IMG/VR virus record: IMGVR_UViG_3300029908_000017
Span: 10,377-74,376 of that record
Length of the DNA: 64,000 nucleotides
Strand: one strand, 5' to 3'
Source of the DNA: a virus
Shown: positions 53,150 to 62,628 of the stretch, one piece after another
How positions within the stretch are numbered: position 1 is the first letter of the stretch
Layout of the letters: every line of letters begins with the position of its first letter
The notes under the pieces: model-generated
Databases searched by the model: none
The model's input: the letters and a program-made list of their open reading frames with translations, nothing else
Told to the model about the DNA's origin: nothing
Made by a program: the position numbers and the translations under genes

Positions 53150-54394
53150 TTAGTATTGTTGAGAATAGAAAACAACTAGTTGAAAACTATTTGGAGCACC
53201 TGAGGTACCAGTAATATTAAAATTAATCGTATCCGTTATTCCAAACGTATTTGTCGTAGTAGATAATACCACCAATCCATTACTTGTGGCATTTAAACCA
53301 ATTAATCCTCCTATATTCGTACTTGTAATCCTCACAGTAAAAGTCACAGTACCTGTATCTGTAATCGCATAAATTTTATTAATCGTTCCATTGATACCCG
53401 TTGGATTTACTAACACATAATTGCCATTGGTAGGAGTTAATAAAATATCACTATATGTTGTTACGAAATATGGCCAAGAGAGATATTCAGGAGCAGTTTC
53501 GGCAATAAAATTAACAACTGGAGTCTGAGACTTTGAATAATAGTTATTATACCCATGATTGTCACCAATCACTAACCCTGATAACTCATTGACCAGATAA
53601 TTTGGATTTACAGGAGCCAGAGGTGTACCATTTAATGTACAAAACGAATTCAAATTCAAATCAATAGTCGCCGCATTGATCGTTGCATAAGTAGTGTTGT
53701 CTGTTTCGTTATAAAATACAACTGGATCAATTCCAAATATATAAATATTTGCATCATCCGAATAACCATCCGAAGGATAAGGTACCATCGAATTGATGTT
53801 TGTAATAACAGGTGTATCACAATTCATGAATTGTGAATCTTTATCTGCGAGACTTAATATTTGAGAGTTATCAATTACAGCAAAATCTAAATCATTTGAT
53901 GAATTGAAAATCGTTAAATTATTTAATGTGCCTAATCCAATGTTACCAGTCAGACTTTTATTTTTACATGTTAGTTTCGTAACCGCAGGTGGTGTAAATG
54001 TGTTATAAACCGATATCTCCAATCCTGTTTGTAATAAACTATTAAAATTGTAAACTCCGTTGATTGTTTGAATATTTGTCAGTGTACCGGTTATCAGAAA
54101 TCCTGAAGACACACCATCGAAAGATTGTAATTCAATTGATTGAAAGTCATTAGTCAATGAAGCTTGAAAGACTCCAATTGATGTATTCCCATTACCAATT
54201 GTAATAACAATCGAACTTCCTAATAAAGCCACTTGTGAGATGTAAGGAACTGCTCCGATTGGTAAGGTCAACGACAACCCTGCAATAACGAAATTTGGTA
54301 AAATAGAACCATTATTGGCAATTCGCGTAGCTCCTTGTTGTAAAGGATAATTACGAAAAGTATTTTTTGTTAGGAAATCGAGATTATTGATCAT
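53150..54394 (-). CDS. Baseplate/tail-associated structural protein, paralog family member
   Basis: LDFLTKNTFRNYPL and INSMVP. Confidence 0.65.
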   Translation of the reverse strand: MINNLDFLTKNTFRNYPLQQGATRIANNGSILPNFVIAGLSLTLPIGAVPYISQVALLGSSIVITIGNGNTSIGVFQASLTNDFQSIELQSFDGVSSGFLITGTLTNIQTINGVYNFNSLLQTGLEISVYNTFTPPAVTKLTCKNKSLTGNIGLGTLNNLTIFNSSNDLDFAVIDNSQILSLADKDSQFMNCDTPVITNINSMVPYPSDGYSDDANIYIFGIDPVVFYNETDNTTYATINAATIDLNLNSFCTLNGTPLAPVNPNYLVNELSGLVIGDNHGYNNYYSKSQTPVVNFIAETAPEYLSWPYFVTTYSDILLTPTNGNYVLVNPTGINGTINKIYAITDTGTVTFTVRITSTNIGGLIGLNATSNGLVVLSTTTNTFGITDTINFNITGTSGAPNSFQLVVFYSQQY

Positions 54395-54395
54395 A

Positions 54396-56852
54396 TTAAC
54401 TGACAGTCAGGACTAATGTATTACTACCTGTACCTGCAGAATTTGTAGCATTAATTCCTATACTAAAAGGAGATCCAGAAGTTGTCGAGGGTATACCGTA
54501 AATTAATCCTGCTGTATTGCAATATAATCCAGAAGGCAGAGAAGTAGCAGAAAAGCTTGTAGGACTGTTTGTAGCCGTAATCTGATATGAATACGAGGTA
54601 CCATGTGTTGCCGTACTTGTTAACGAGCTATTGATAACCGGGGCAGATTGAGAAACAGCAATAGTAAATGAACCATAACCTGTCAAAGTAGTTGATCCCA
54701 CAGTTACGGAAGCAGACACACTTACCGTACTTGATCCTGTTGTAGTAGACACTCCATAGATAGCACCTGTTGTCGTATTGACATGCAATCCCGATGGTAA
54801 TCCTGTAGCCGTGTAGGCAGTTGGCGAATTAGTGGCAGGTATGGAATAAATAAAGGGCACTCCAACTGTTGCCGTTTGATTTGTTGGTGACAACACAGGT
54901 ACCGTTAGTACATTGATGTACAATACGAATGGCAATATCCCTCCTCCTGAATCGATAACAGCCATGTCCACTGCATAAGTAACAGCTGCTGATTCGGAAA
55001 CTGTACCATAGATATTATATGTTGAACCAGACGTAGGATAAGTCGTATGTGTTGATGCCCACGAGGGTAAAGAAGAAGAATTGAATACAATTGTACCTGA
55101 ACCTGCAGCTGTAGTAATACGATAATCAAAGGTTGCCCCATTGATGGTATTAACCGTAGTTGATGACGTAACAACCGGAGGACAACCAGTACTCGTAACG
55201 GGTACAGTTGAGGAACCTGAAGTTATTGGGAGTAATCCTCCACTAATACTTTCCCAATTCTCCGTTATAGCAAATAACACACTTGCTGTATTTCCTCCGC
55301 AGGGTACTTCGTAAACAACGTTATAATTTGCATATTTCTTACAAGCTACCGTAAAATTGACAGGCACTTCATCATAAGTACTGCCATTGTATTGTATTTG
55401 CTGAGAACCTGGCACCAACGAAATTGAGCCTGTTAATGTTGGTGTAGGTACCGTAAACGTCATACTCGATGTTGTAGGATTATATACTGAGCAAACAATA
55501 GCCAAAAAAGTTACATTATTACCATAAGCATCCGTGCCATCATAAGTTGTGTAATTGATCGCACCGTTAGGGGCCTGCACGAGAGGAGCGATGTTTGTAT
55601 TATAATTAACAATCGTATCATTGATTTTTTGAAATACTCCCAAATCGTCAACTTGAAATAAATAATTTGTAATATCCGCTGATAATGTTGTTACGAAAGT
55701 AATCTCGGAAGGGCTGATGACTGTCGCAATTTGATTAGTATAAGATATCGCACCAGAACTTGCTTGGTAATAAATATTTTTACCCTCATGAAAATATTTG
55801 ATAAATCCTGTCTCTGAAGGGTAGGTAGAAGCGAATGAACTGGCTGTAAATGAAGTAACACCTGCAGATGTTGTAGAGCTACCTGTCCCCGTTGTCTGAT
55901 TTGGAGAATCTACATAATAGACCAATTCCTGTACACCGTTATAAATACGATTAACATACTGCGCAAAGGCGTTCAAATTTTCAGGAGCACACTTAGCTGA
56001 ACAATTATTGATAAATAAGAAACTATGATAAGGTATTAACGCATTAAAGATATCAGGTGTTTGATAAGGTATACTAAATGGATCGTATTGTGAAGTTAGT
56101 GTACTGCCATAAGTAATAAGATCAGAAGTATCCAGTAACTTCATTGAATAGCATGGTGAAGGTACGAGATATAAATTGCCTTGTGAATTTGGTATTTGTG
56201 AATTGATTGAATATAAATCTGCCGTTGGAAATATATCTGCACATCCATTAAATAGTCCTGCTCCTGAGCCTGGATTTACATCGATAACCAGTTTATCATT
56301 GATTAACGTTCCAATGGTATTTGCATCGAATTGTAAATTTACATTCGGATTACCATTATCGTAAACTTCTATCGATTCATAAGGATAATAATTTAGAAAA
56401 TCAAGAGTTCGTACTTTAGGTACACAGGGTACAAAGGCTGATGACGCTAATGTGGATTGGTCAGGTGTATAGTACTGATCAATTGATGCTGCTAATAAAC
56501 TTAGAAATCCGGGGCCAAATACAACCTTTAAAGCTGCATTATCGGTAGTCACTCCTAAAAAAGAGGGATTACCTGGTTGAGTATTGTCTACGATTTGAGA
56601 AATTAAAAACGTAGCCCCTAACTCAAGAGCATTAGAAATCGGGTCACTAAAAATTAGTGTAACCGAACCATCGGAAGGTGAGATGATTAATTCTGATAAA
56701 TATGCCGCTTTAATATCAGGATCAAATGAATAAAAAATAATATCGGCAAACCAATTATTGGCAATTGGTAAAGTAGAATTATCATTACTCGTTCCAACAA
56801 ACGGATAACGAATTGATAAGTTTGTATTATAGTATTCTAAATAATCGGCCAT
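54396..56852 (-). CDS. Tail fibre/receptor-binding-like protein with C-terminal putative-Ig (He_PIG-like) domains
   Basis: Family N-terminus LEYYNTNLSIRYPF; repeated ATNSPT.(Y/F).AT.LPSGL..NT..G.IYG Ig motifs. Confidence 0.75.
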   Translation of the reverse strand: MADYLEYYNTNLSIRYPFVGTSNDNSTLPIANNWFADIIFYSFDPDIKAAYLSELIISPSDGSVTLIFSDPISNALELGATFLISQIVDNTQPGNPSFLGVTTDNAALKVVFGPGFLSLLAASIDQYYTPDQSTLASSAFVPCVPKVRTLDFLNYYPYESIEVYDNGNPNVNLQFDANTIGTLINDKLVIDVNPGSGAGLFNGCADIFPTADLYSINSQIPNSQGNLYLVPSPCYSMKLLDTSDLITYGSTLTSQYDPFSIPYQTPDIFNALIPYHSFLFINNCSAKCAPENLNAFAQYVNRIYNGVQELVYYVDSPNQTTGTGSSTTSAGVTSFTASSFASTYPSETGFIKYFHEGKNIYYQASSGAISYTNQIATVISPSEITFVTTLSADITNYLFQVDDLGVFQKINDTIVNYNTNIAPLVQAPNGAINYTTYDGTDAYGNNVTFLAIVCSVYNPTTSSMTFTVPTPTLTGSISLVPGSQQIQYNGSTYDEVPVNFTVACKKYANYNVVYEVPCGGNTASVLFAITENWESISGGLLPITSGSSTVPVTSTGCPPVVTSSTTVNTINGATFDYRITTAAGSGTIVFNSSSLPSWASTHTTYPTSGSTYNIYGTVSESAAVTYAVDMAVIDSGGGILPFVLYINVLTVPVLSPTNQTATVGVPFIYSIPATNSPTAYTATGLPSGLHVNTTTGAIYGVSTTTGSSTVSVSASVTVGSTTLTGYGSFTIAVSQSAPVINSSLTSTATHGTSYSYQITATNSPTSFSATSLPSGLYCNTAGLIYGIPSTTSGSPFSIGINATNSAGTGSNTLVLTVS

Positions 56853-56883
56853 TATATATTATAAGTCGTTGCTTATTAGTTAT

Positions 56884-57780
56884 TTAACTCGGGCATACGC
56901 AACTTGCTGACACCGTATTATTGAAGGCGGTTAGCTCGGTATTAAGATAGTTATAAAAATTCTTAATATTGTTATAACTAGTTTCCAATTGATTAACCCT
57001 AGACGTAAGTACAGATAAGTCAGTGCAATCTGAACAAGGTGTACAACACGAATCATTTAAGGTCAAAGTTGCTGTAGTCGTAGTACTCACTGTTGAACAA
57101 CCTAACCCAATAAATGAAATATTCCCAGTTGTAGGATCGGGTACAATGCCATTAATTGATTGTACACAAGTGGGTGTTGTACAATTTGTATTCAATCCCA
57201 GCCCATTACCTGCATCCAATAGTAATAAACTGTCTACACTATCAAAAGTAAAACGTAAGTTATTCCTTACTTCTACGTTTACAAAATTAGTCAAAGTTTG
57301 TAAGTTTCCCAGACTATCAGTAAATGAGAGTTGATTAACTGCATTAATCGAAACGATAATGGTTTTAGGTAATAACTCAGTAGCTGATATACTAAAGTTA
57401 TAAATACCTGCTGGTTGATTAATCACGGTATTTAAACTTCCAATCGTAATACTCCCATTTGCGGAATTGTAATTACCAGGAACAGTAGTTAAGTAGTAAA
57501 CCGAATTCTGTATAAACCCTGCACTAGGTATGGTAAACGTACCAACTACATTATTACTATTATCACTAATTGTTAATATGTAAGTCTGCAACTCATTAAT
57601 AATCTGACTGATAAAAAATGTGTTACTAACACTGCCGCCAGGAGCTATTTGGATATCCACTATGAAATCATTAGGGATAACAAATAATCCAGAAATATCT
57701 GTTTTCGATAAACCATCTCGTATGGGGTAAGAACGTAGAGCATTAAGGTTCTCATACTCCAAATTATCGATATAAGGCAT
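56884..57780 (-). CDS. Baseplate/tail-associated structural protein, paralog family member
   Basis: LEYENLNALRSYPI, INGIVPDPTTGN, CCTPCSDC and a coiled coil. Confidence 0.65.
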   Translation of the reverse strand: MPYIDNLEYENLNALRSYPIRDGLSKTDISGLFVIPNDFIVDIQIAPGGSVSNTFFISQIINELQTYILTISDNSNNVVGTFTIPSAGFIQNSVYYLTTVPGNYNSANGSITIGSLNTVINQPAGIYNFSISATELLPKTIIVSINAVNQLSFTDSLGNLQTLTNFVNVEVRNNLRFTFDSVDSLLLLDAGNGLGLNTNCTTPTCVQSINGIVPDPTTGNISFIGLGCSTVSTTTTATLTLNDSCCTPCSDCTDLSVLTSRVNQLETSYNNIKNFYNYLNTELTAFNNTVSASCVCPS

Positions 57781-57818
57781 GATTCATTATCTCACAGATA
57801 TTTAAATTCTCAATAGCT

Positions 57819-57840
57819 AAAAAAGAGGGCTAGAACCTCT
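57819..57840 (-). terminator. Intrinsic terminator of cassette P5
   Basis: AGAGG-N7-CCTCT followed by a T-run on the minus strand. Confidence 0.6.
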
Positions 57841-57844
57841 GATT

Positions 57845-58249
57845 TTAACCATTGTACCTTTCCTTACGCCAGCAAGCTTCTAACCATAGTTTTTCAAAAT
57901 CTTCACCAGCTATTTCTCTGGGTACTGCAAAACCATCACTTGTACCACAACCGATTTGATTACAATAGTCTTCAACTAATTTTTCTTTTTCCGTACTACT
58001 TTGTACCCTATTTGTTATTTGTGATAGTCTCTCGTTAGTCTTATGGTATAAATACCCTCTGATCCTACGTGTTAAAATACAGGAAATACCATCGCGTTTT
58101 AATGTCACTTTAACCGTCATTGGATGACATTTTATTTCTCTGGCAATTTCCAAATCAGACATAGTTTTAGACATGTCTTTTAACATATCTAAACAATCTT
58201 GTCCTGGATAATAATGAGGATATCTGTGGTAAGTATAAGAATATGACAT
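57845..58249 (-). CDS. Helix-turn-helix protein
   Basis: MSDLEIAREIKCHPMTVKVTLKRDGI HTH pattern. Confidence 0.65.
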   Translation of the reverse strand: MSYSYTYHRYPHYYPGQDCLDMLKDMSKTMSDLEIAREIKCHPMTVKVTLKRDGISCILTRRIRGYLYHKTNERLSQITNRVQSSTEKEKLVEDYCNQIGCGTSDGFAVPREIAGEDFEKLWLEACWRKERYNG

Positions 58250-58273
58250 AATGATCCTTTGGTTAAGTTATAC

Positions 58274-58311
58274 TACTATACCAAGATACCCTCTATCCAT
58301 CCAAGGGGGGT
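58274..58311 (-). promoter_or_regulatory. Phage promoter motif P5
   Basis: ACCCCC-N23-GGTATAGTA. Confidence 0.8.
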
Positions 58312-58320
58312 GGGGAGGGG

Positions 58321-60267
58321 TTAAACCAATGACCAATAAGCCGTTAATAACCCTACATCATTATTATAAAAATTGGATGTAGGATTCTGCTGTAGAACTT
58401 TAAAATTCACTACAGAGTTCGGTGCAATCACTGCAGCGGGTATAACAAACTGCGTAGGTTGAGATGATAGTACAGTGTTCGCTACATAACTAGCTGGAAA
58501 TGTAACTAAGGCAGGGGCACCTGAAGTTGTAGTAAATGTTGATATTGAAGATAGAACATTACCAGCGGTGGACACAGAATATTGAAACGAGTAACCTGCT
58601 GATTGTGGAGTAGATGCTACGTTGCTAAAACCAAATAACTGCATGACAATATACAAATTTACATTCGATGAAAAGTTGCTAGGTAATGTAATCTTTCCTG
58701 CAAATCCAGAAATTACAGAGGTATTGTACTTTAATCGTAGATAGGAGTTTAAACCTAAATATTCATAATTTGCGTTGATCTCATCAATTTCATCCAATTG
58801 ACCAGTTGTTCCCTGACCTTGAAGAGAAATAACAAAATTACCATTGCTATCATTGGTTAACGTCAGTCCAGAATTTACAGGTGTCGTTAACGTCGATACT
58901 AATGGAGCAGTTGTTAATGTAAGCTGCCCGGTTGTTTGTGAGAAGGAAACATTCGAAACCGTCAATGGACTACTGGTTGTTGTAGTATTTGCAGAGAACG
59001 GTAAGTTGAACTGTATTGCCAATGGCCCAGTTGATTCGGTTGGAGAATTGGTCTGTGGCGATGTTTGCTGAACAATGTTTAAATTGTTGACCGATCCATC
59101 TGGATAAGCGATTAAATTAGTAACCAAGGCTTCCGACAAATTTGGATTTAACTTTGCAAAAATCAAATATATATTGGGAGGGAAAGTACCTTGATTGGAT
59201 ATCCAGTTAGCGGGTACCCAACCAGAAGATAATGAAGCACTCCAAGGCTGGTAAGGATTCTGTCTAGTCATCCAGAATAAGCCAAACTCGTTGATTACGT
59301 AAATTGGATTATTATTTACGTTATTTGCGTATTCTTGTTGAATACCGTTAAGTGTCAAATTAACAAAGTTTGCAGGAGTAGGAGGGAGTAATCCATATAA
59401 TTGTTGCGCTTGCGCTTCTTGCGCAGTTGTTAAACTTCCTGTACCTCCATTGTCTGCATTATCAGTAGCAAAGCTGGAAGGTATATTGTAATAGAAAGCT
59501 GCCCCTGCTGGAATAGTATAAGAAGCAGGTAATGATGATACATCCACCCAACCCAATCTTGATAAATTTGAAGATGGAATTGTCCATGTCGAGCCTGTCA
59601 ATACTGGTACATTAGTAGGGCGTCCAAGGATTGTGAATTGGAAATTAGAAAAAAGTTCACTAAAATTATCAGTATTTGGGCTGAGTAAAAATGTTGTGTT
59701 ATTTAACGCATAGCCAATGTACACAATAACACCACTTGGATTAGCTGTTACCAAACCAGGATTCTTTTGACTTAGATAATAAGGTCCAGGTCTGAACGTT
59801 TCCCTTACACCTGGAGAAACGAAGTCCAAAAATCCATAAGTAGAGTTATCAATCGGTGTACTTAAATTAATCAACCCTTCCAAATAAACGTCAGCCGTAC
59901 CATTACTATAAATCGTATTCGTAAATCCAAAAGCATATGACGAATTGGCGGATGTAAAAAATGATGTGGAATACGAATTTGTAAAGGCAGATATCGCCCG
60001 TATCAACCCTTGTTGGCCAGTGTTTACATTATTCCCCCAAGATACTACATACTGAAAGCCAGGTAATAGATTTGTTTCCAACTGGCTAATTGGTTGGGCT
60101 GTAGCAATCAAAACCGATTTATTTTGCAGATTTAAAATTGTGTTATATAAATAATTTAAATTCTGTATACACTGATCAAAAACCGGATTAACCACTTCTG
60201 CAGATACATTCGTACCATCAGAAATTAGACTGATACTTGGCAACCATGGAGTATTATTCGTAGCCAT
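58321..60267 (-). CDS. Tail/baseplate structural protein (start moved to MATNN)
   Basis: Beta-type protein rich in S, T and N, within the baseplate operon. Confidence 0.7.
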   Translation of the reverse strand: MATNNTPWLPSISLISDGTNVSAEVVNPVFDQCIQNLNYLYNTILNLQNKSVLIATAQPISQLETNLLPGFQYVVSWGNNVNTGQQGLIRAISAFTNSYSTSFFTSANSSYAFGFTNTIYSNGTADVYLEGLINLSTPIDNSTYGFLDFVSPGVRETFRPGPYYLSQKNPGLVTANPSGVIVYIGYALNNTTFLLSPNTDNFSELFSNFQFTILGRPTNVPVLTGSTWTIPSSNLSRLGWVDVSSLPASYTIPAGAAFYYNIPSSFATDNADNGGTGSLTTAQEAQAQQLYGLLPPTPANFVNLTLNGIQQEYANNVNNNPIYVINEFGLFWMTRQNPYQPWSASLSSGWVPANWISNQGTFPPNIYLIFAKLNPNLSEALVTNLIAYPDGSVNNLNIVQQTSPQTNSPTESTGPLAIQFNLPFSANTTTTSSPLTVSNVSFSQTTGQLTLTTAPLVSTLTTPVNSGLTLTNDSNGNFVISLQGQGTTGQLDEIDEINANYEYLGLNSYLRLKYNTSVISGFAGKITLPSNFSSNVNLYIVMQLFGFSNVASTPQSAGYSFQYSVSTAGNVLSSISTFTTTSGAPALVTFPASYVANTVLSSQPTQFVIPAAVIAPNSVVNFKVLQQNPTSNFYNNDVGLLTAYWSLV

Positions 60268-60271
60268 AGAA

Positions 60272-60865
60272 TTAAGAACAAATAAACGAAACGCTCCAAG
60301 CAATAGTTAAACTTTGTGAACTATTAAAAAGTATGGGATTAAAATTAATCCTACTAAAAACGGTATCCGAAGCAATTGAACTAAAATTGGGAATAGCTAC
60401 CAAAGCACATTCAAAGATATTACTTACTCCTGATGTAAAGGCTGCCCCACCAGAACTGGTAGCCGATGCTACTTGTGTAGTAAATATTACCGTGTTATTC
60501 AAATAATTGGTCTGACTGCTGAATGAAGGATTATACGCTAAAGCCAATCTCAAAAATCCAAATGGCGCAGTATAAGCAGTAATTGGATTACTATTTGGCA
60601 AATCTATTACTGGAGCAGTAAATGAGCTACTGTTACAATACGAAACATAAAACCCCGTTACAGCTGAATTTGGTGTACCTGCCAATGCATTACTCATGAC
60701 TGTTGCACCGGAATATAAAATCAGATTCGATTTATCAACAACCAACTTATATTTACCACTGTCATTATCAGTTGCCCATATTCTAACATGACCCATCATA
60801 TCTTTTCTCGGTTGAGAAACCGTTTCAGCGGGTATAATTATTGAATCGTTCTCAAAATCACTCAT
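60272..60865 (-). CDS. Baseplate/tail fibre attachment protein
   Basis: NLILYSG, IFECAL, FSRINF..I and LTIAW.V pattern seen in baseplate-adjacent proteins. Confidence 0.65.
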   Translation of the reverse strand: MSDFENDSIIIPAETVSQPRKDMMGHVRIWATDNDSGKYKLVVDKSNLILYSGATVMSNALAGTPNSAVTGFYVSYCNSSSFTAPVIDLPNSNPITAYTAPFGFLRLALAYNPSFSSQTNYLNNTVIFTTQVASATSSGGAAFTSGVSNIFECALVAIPNFSSIASDTVFSRINFNPILFNSSQSLTIAWSVSFICS

Positions 60866-60885
60866 ATCTTTAGTATATCATAAAA

Positions 60886-62628
60886 TTAACTAAGGTCTAT
60901 TATCTTTAAAAATTTCACCGTATTGGTTGTTGCACCACTACCTGGAATGTTAGTGAAGACCTTACCTGCCTTGATACTCATTACTCCACTGTATCCCCAA
61001 AATGAGTTAGCTCTTCCAATTTGTACATTAGGTGGTTGCAACAATCCTGCAGAATTTGCCATAGGTGATCTTCCAATATTCAATCCCCCATACGGTGAAC
61101 TATTTTTATAATTACCTGCCGCATTCGTACCATCAGAATTATAACCAGAGTTATCAATATTATTTAAACTATCAAAAACATCCGTTCCAACGCTTACGGT
61201 TACCAAACAAAGGAAGTACACATGAGCAGGCAGATATTGACGTATTTCTTTAAACAACGTCAAAAACATGGTTGTCTGGTCAACAGAACTAAAGTTAAAT
61301 ACCAAACAAGCTGTATTATTCTGTAGGAAATTCTCAAAAATGAAATCAACAGGATTTAAAGGATAACTCAATGTATTGGTTAATGGATTACTTGTTTGAC
61401 CCAATCCTAAAGCCTCAATAATCTGTGATTGATTAGCCGGTTGATTAATATAATTCTGAAACGTTTGAACATCCTGTGTGTTACCTTGAACAGGAAAATT
61501 CAATACTCCTCCAGGAGACAATGTTAATAACTGTAATGAATTAGGAAATAATAACTGATATTGATAGTTACCAAAAAACAAATACGAGGAGAAAGGTACA
61601 GGTGTATTACCAGTAAACACGATTTTCCACCATTGCTGTGTTGTCACGCTATCATAGTAACTAAATAAATTGGTAAACACTTGTCCTGCATAAAATACTG
61701 CTCCAGGAATCACAGATGATAAAAGCTTTTCTGTTAAATCAAAAGAATAAGAATGCTTATCGGTAACAACTAGTTGATTATACTCAGTTGTAGCCACATA
61801 TTGTACTATTTCGCTCTTTTCAATAACTGGTACAATTCCACCGATATAAGCCAGTAAATTCTTTAACGACAGGATATTAGCACCACCCGCTCCAATCGTA
61901 AAAAATCCTTTAAGAATGTTTTTATACTGTTCGGACGAGGGTTGGTTAATGCCAAATACATAGCCAAAGTTATTATAGAGATTGTTTTCATCGAGATTTA
62001 CATTATAGCAGAATAATATCAATAACTGTTCTTGTTGAACTACACCATTTTTATCTACATATGTGGTTGGTACACCGTTTGTACCAATTACATTAGTAAT
62101 ATTGTTATTAGGATTAGCAAACGGATTCTTATTAAAATATAATGTACCATCTTGCAAAGATACGTCAACATTGGCTACATAATAAACGGATGGTGTATAC
62201 ACATTATTGGCGATTATCGAAAAGTTACCAATATCAATAGTTGGAGTATATGAGTAAACAAATTGTGTAGGTGATTTTGGAAAGCCAAATTGAAAAACCT
62301 GATTAGCGTATAGGTTATCCGTCGAAGGTTGTGGGCCAAAAACTGCTTCGTTTGGTTCGAACACAAATGGACTCTCATTCAATTGAGATTTCAATATCGT
62401 TAACGGTTGCCACACCTCTTTATGATAAATCGGGCATGAACTTACTCCATAGCTATCAATTTCTTCCGATAAATTCTGGTAAGCTTGAATCAACTCCTGA
62501 GATTGCCCAATTGTAAGCCCTTTAATCGTGTTAGTCTCAGAAAACAGGGAAGTCCAAAAACTACCGAGGCAGTTAAACAAAAATCCTGCATTTGTCGAAG
62601 GATCTGATGGAATTGCCGGATTGATCAT
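60886..62628 (-). CDS. Baseplate wedge-like protein
   Basis: Follows the baseplate J-like gene; C-terminal YLPAHV motif. Confidence 0.65.
   Translation of the reverse strand: MINPAIPSDPSTNAGFLFNCLGSFWTSLFSETNTIKGLTIGQSQELIQAYQNLSEEIDSYGVSSCPIYHKEVWQPLTILKSQLNESPFVFEPNEAVFGPQPSTDNLYANQVFQFGFPKSPTQFVYSYTPTIDIGNFSIIANNVYTPSVYYVANVDVSLQDGTLYFNKNPFANPNNNITNVIGTNGVPTTYVDKNGVVQQEQLLILFCYNVNLDENNLYNNFGYVFGINQPSSEQYKNILKGFFTIGAGGANILSLKNLLAYIGGIVPVIEKSEIVQYVATTEYNQLVVTDKHSYSFDLTEKLLSSVIPGAVFYAGQVFTNLFSYYDSVTTQQWWKIVFTGNTPVPFSSYLFFGNYQYQLLFPNSLQLLTLSPGGVLNFPVQGNTQDVQTFQNYINQPANQSQIIEALGLGQTSNPLTNTLSYPLNPVDFIFENFLQNNTACLVFNFSSVDQTTMFLTLFKEIRQYLPAHVYFLCLVTVSVGTDVFDSLNNIDNSGYNSDGTNAAGNYKNSSPYGGLNIGRSPMANSAGLLQPPNVQIGRANSFWGYSGVMSIKAGKVFTNIPGSGATTNTVKFLKIIDLS

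Noticed and set aside
58249-58259. AAGGATCATTA identical to the 3' end of eukaryotic 18S rRNA
   Set aside because: Only 11 nt with no flanking rRNA similarity; treated as coincidence with the leader motif.
58305-58320. G-quadruplex at GGGGGGTGGGGAGGGG (also near 48930 and 50490)
   Set aside because: Only three clear G-runs, and P1 and P4 lack the extra runs. The fixed spacing to a -10 box explains the motif better.
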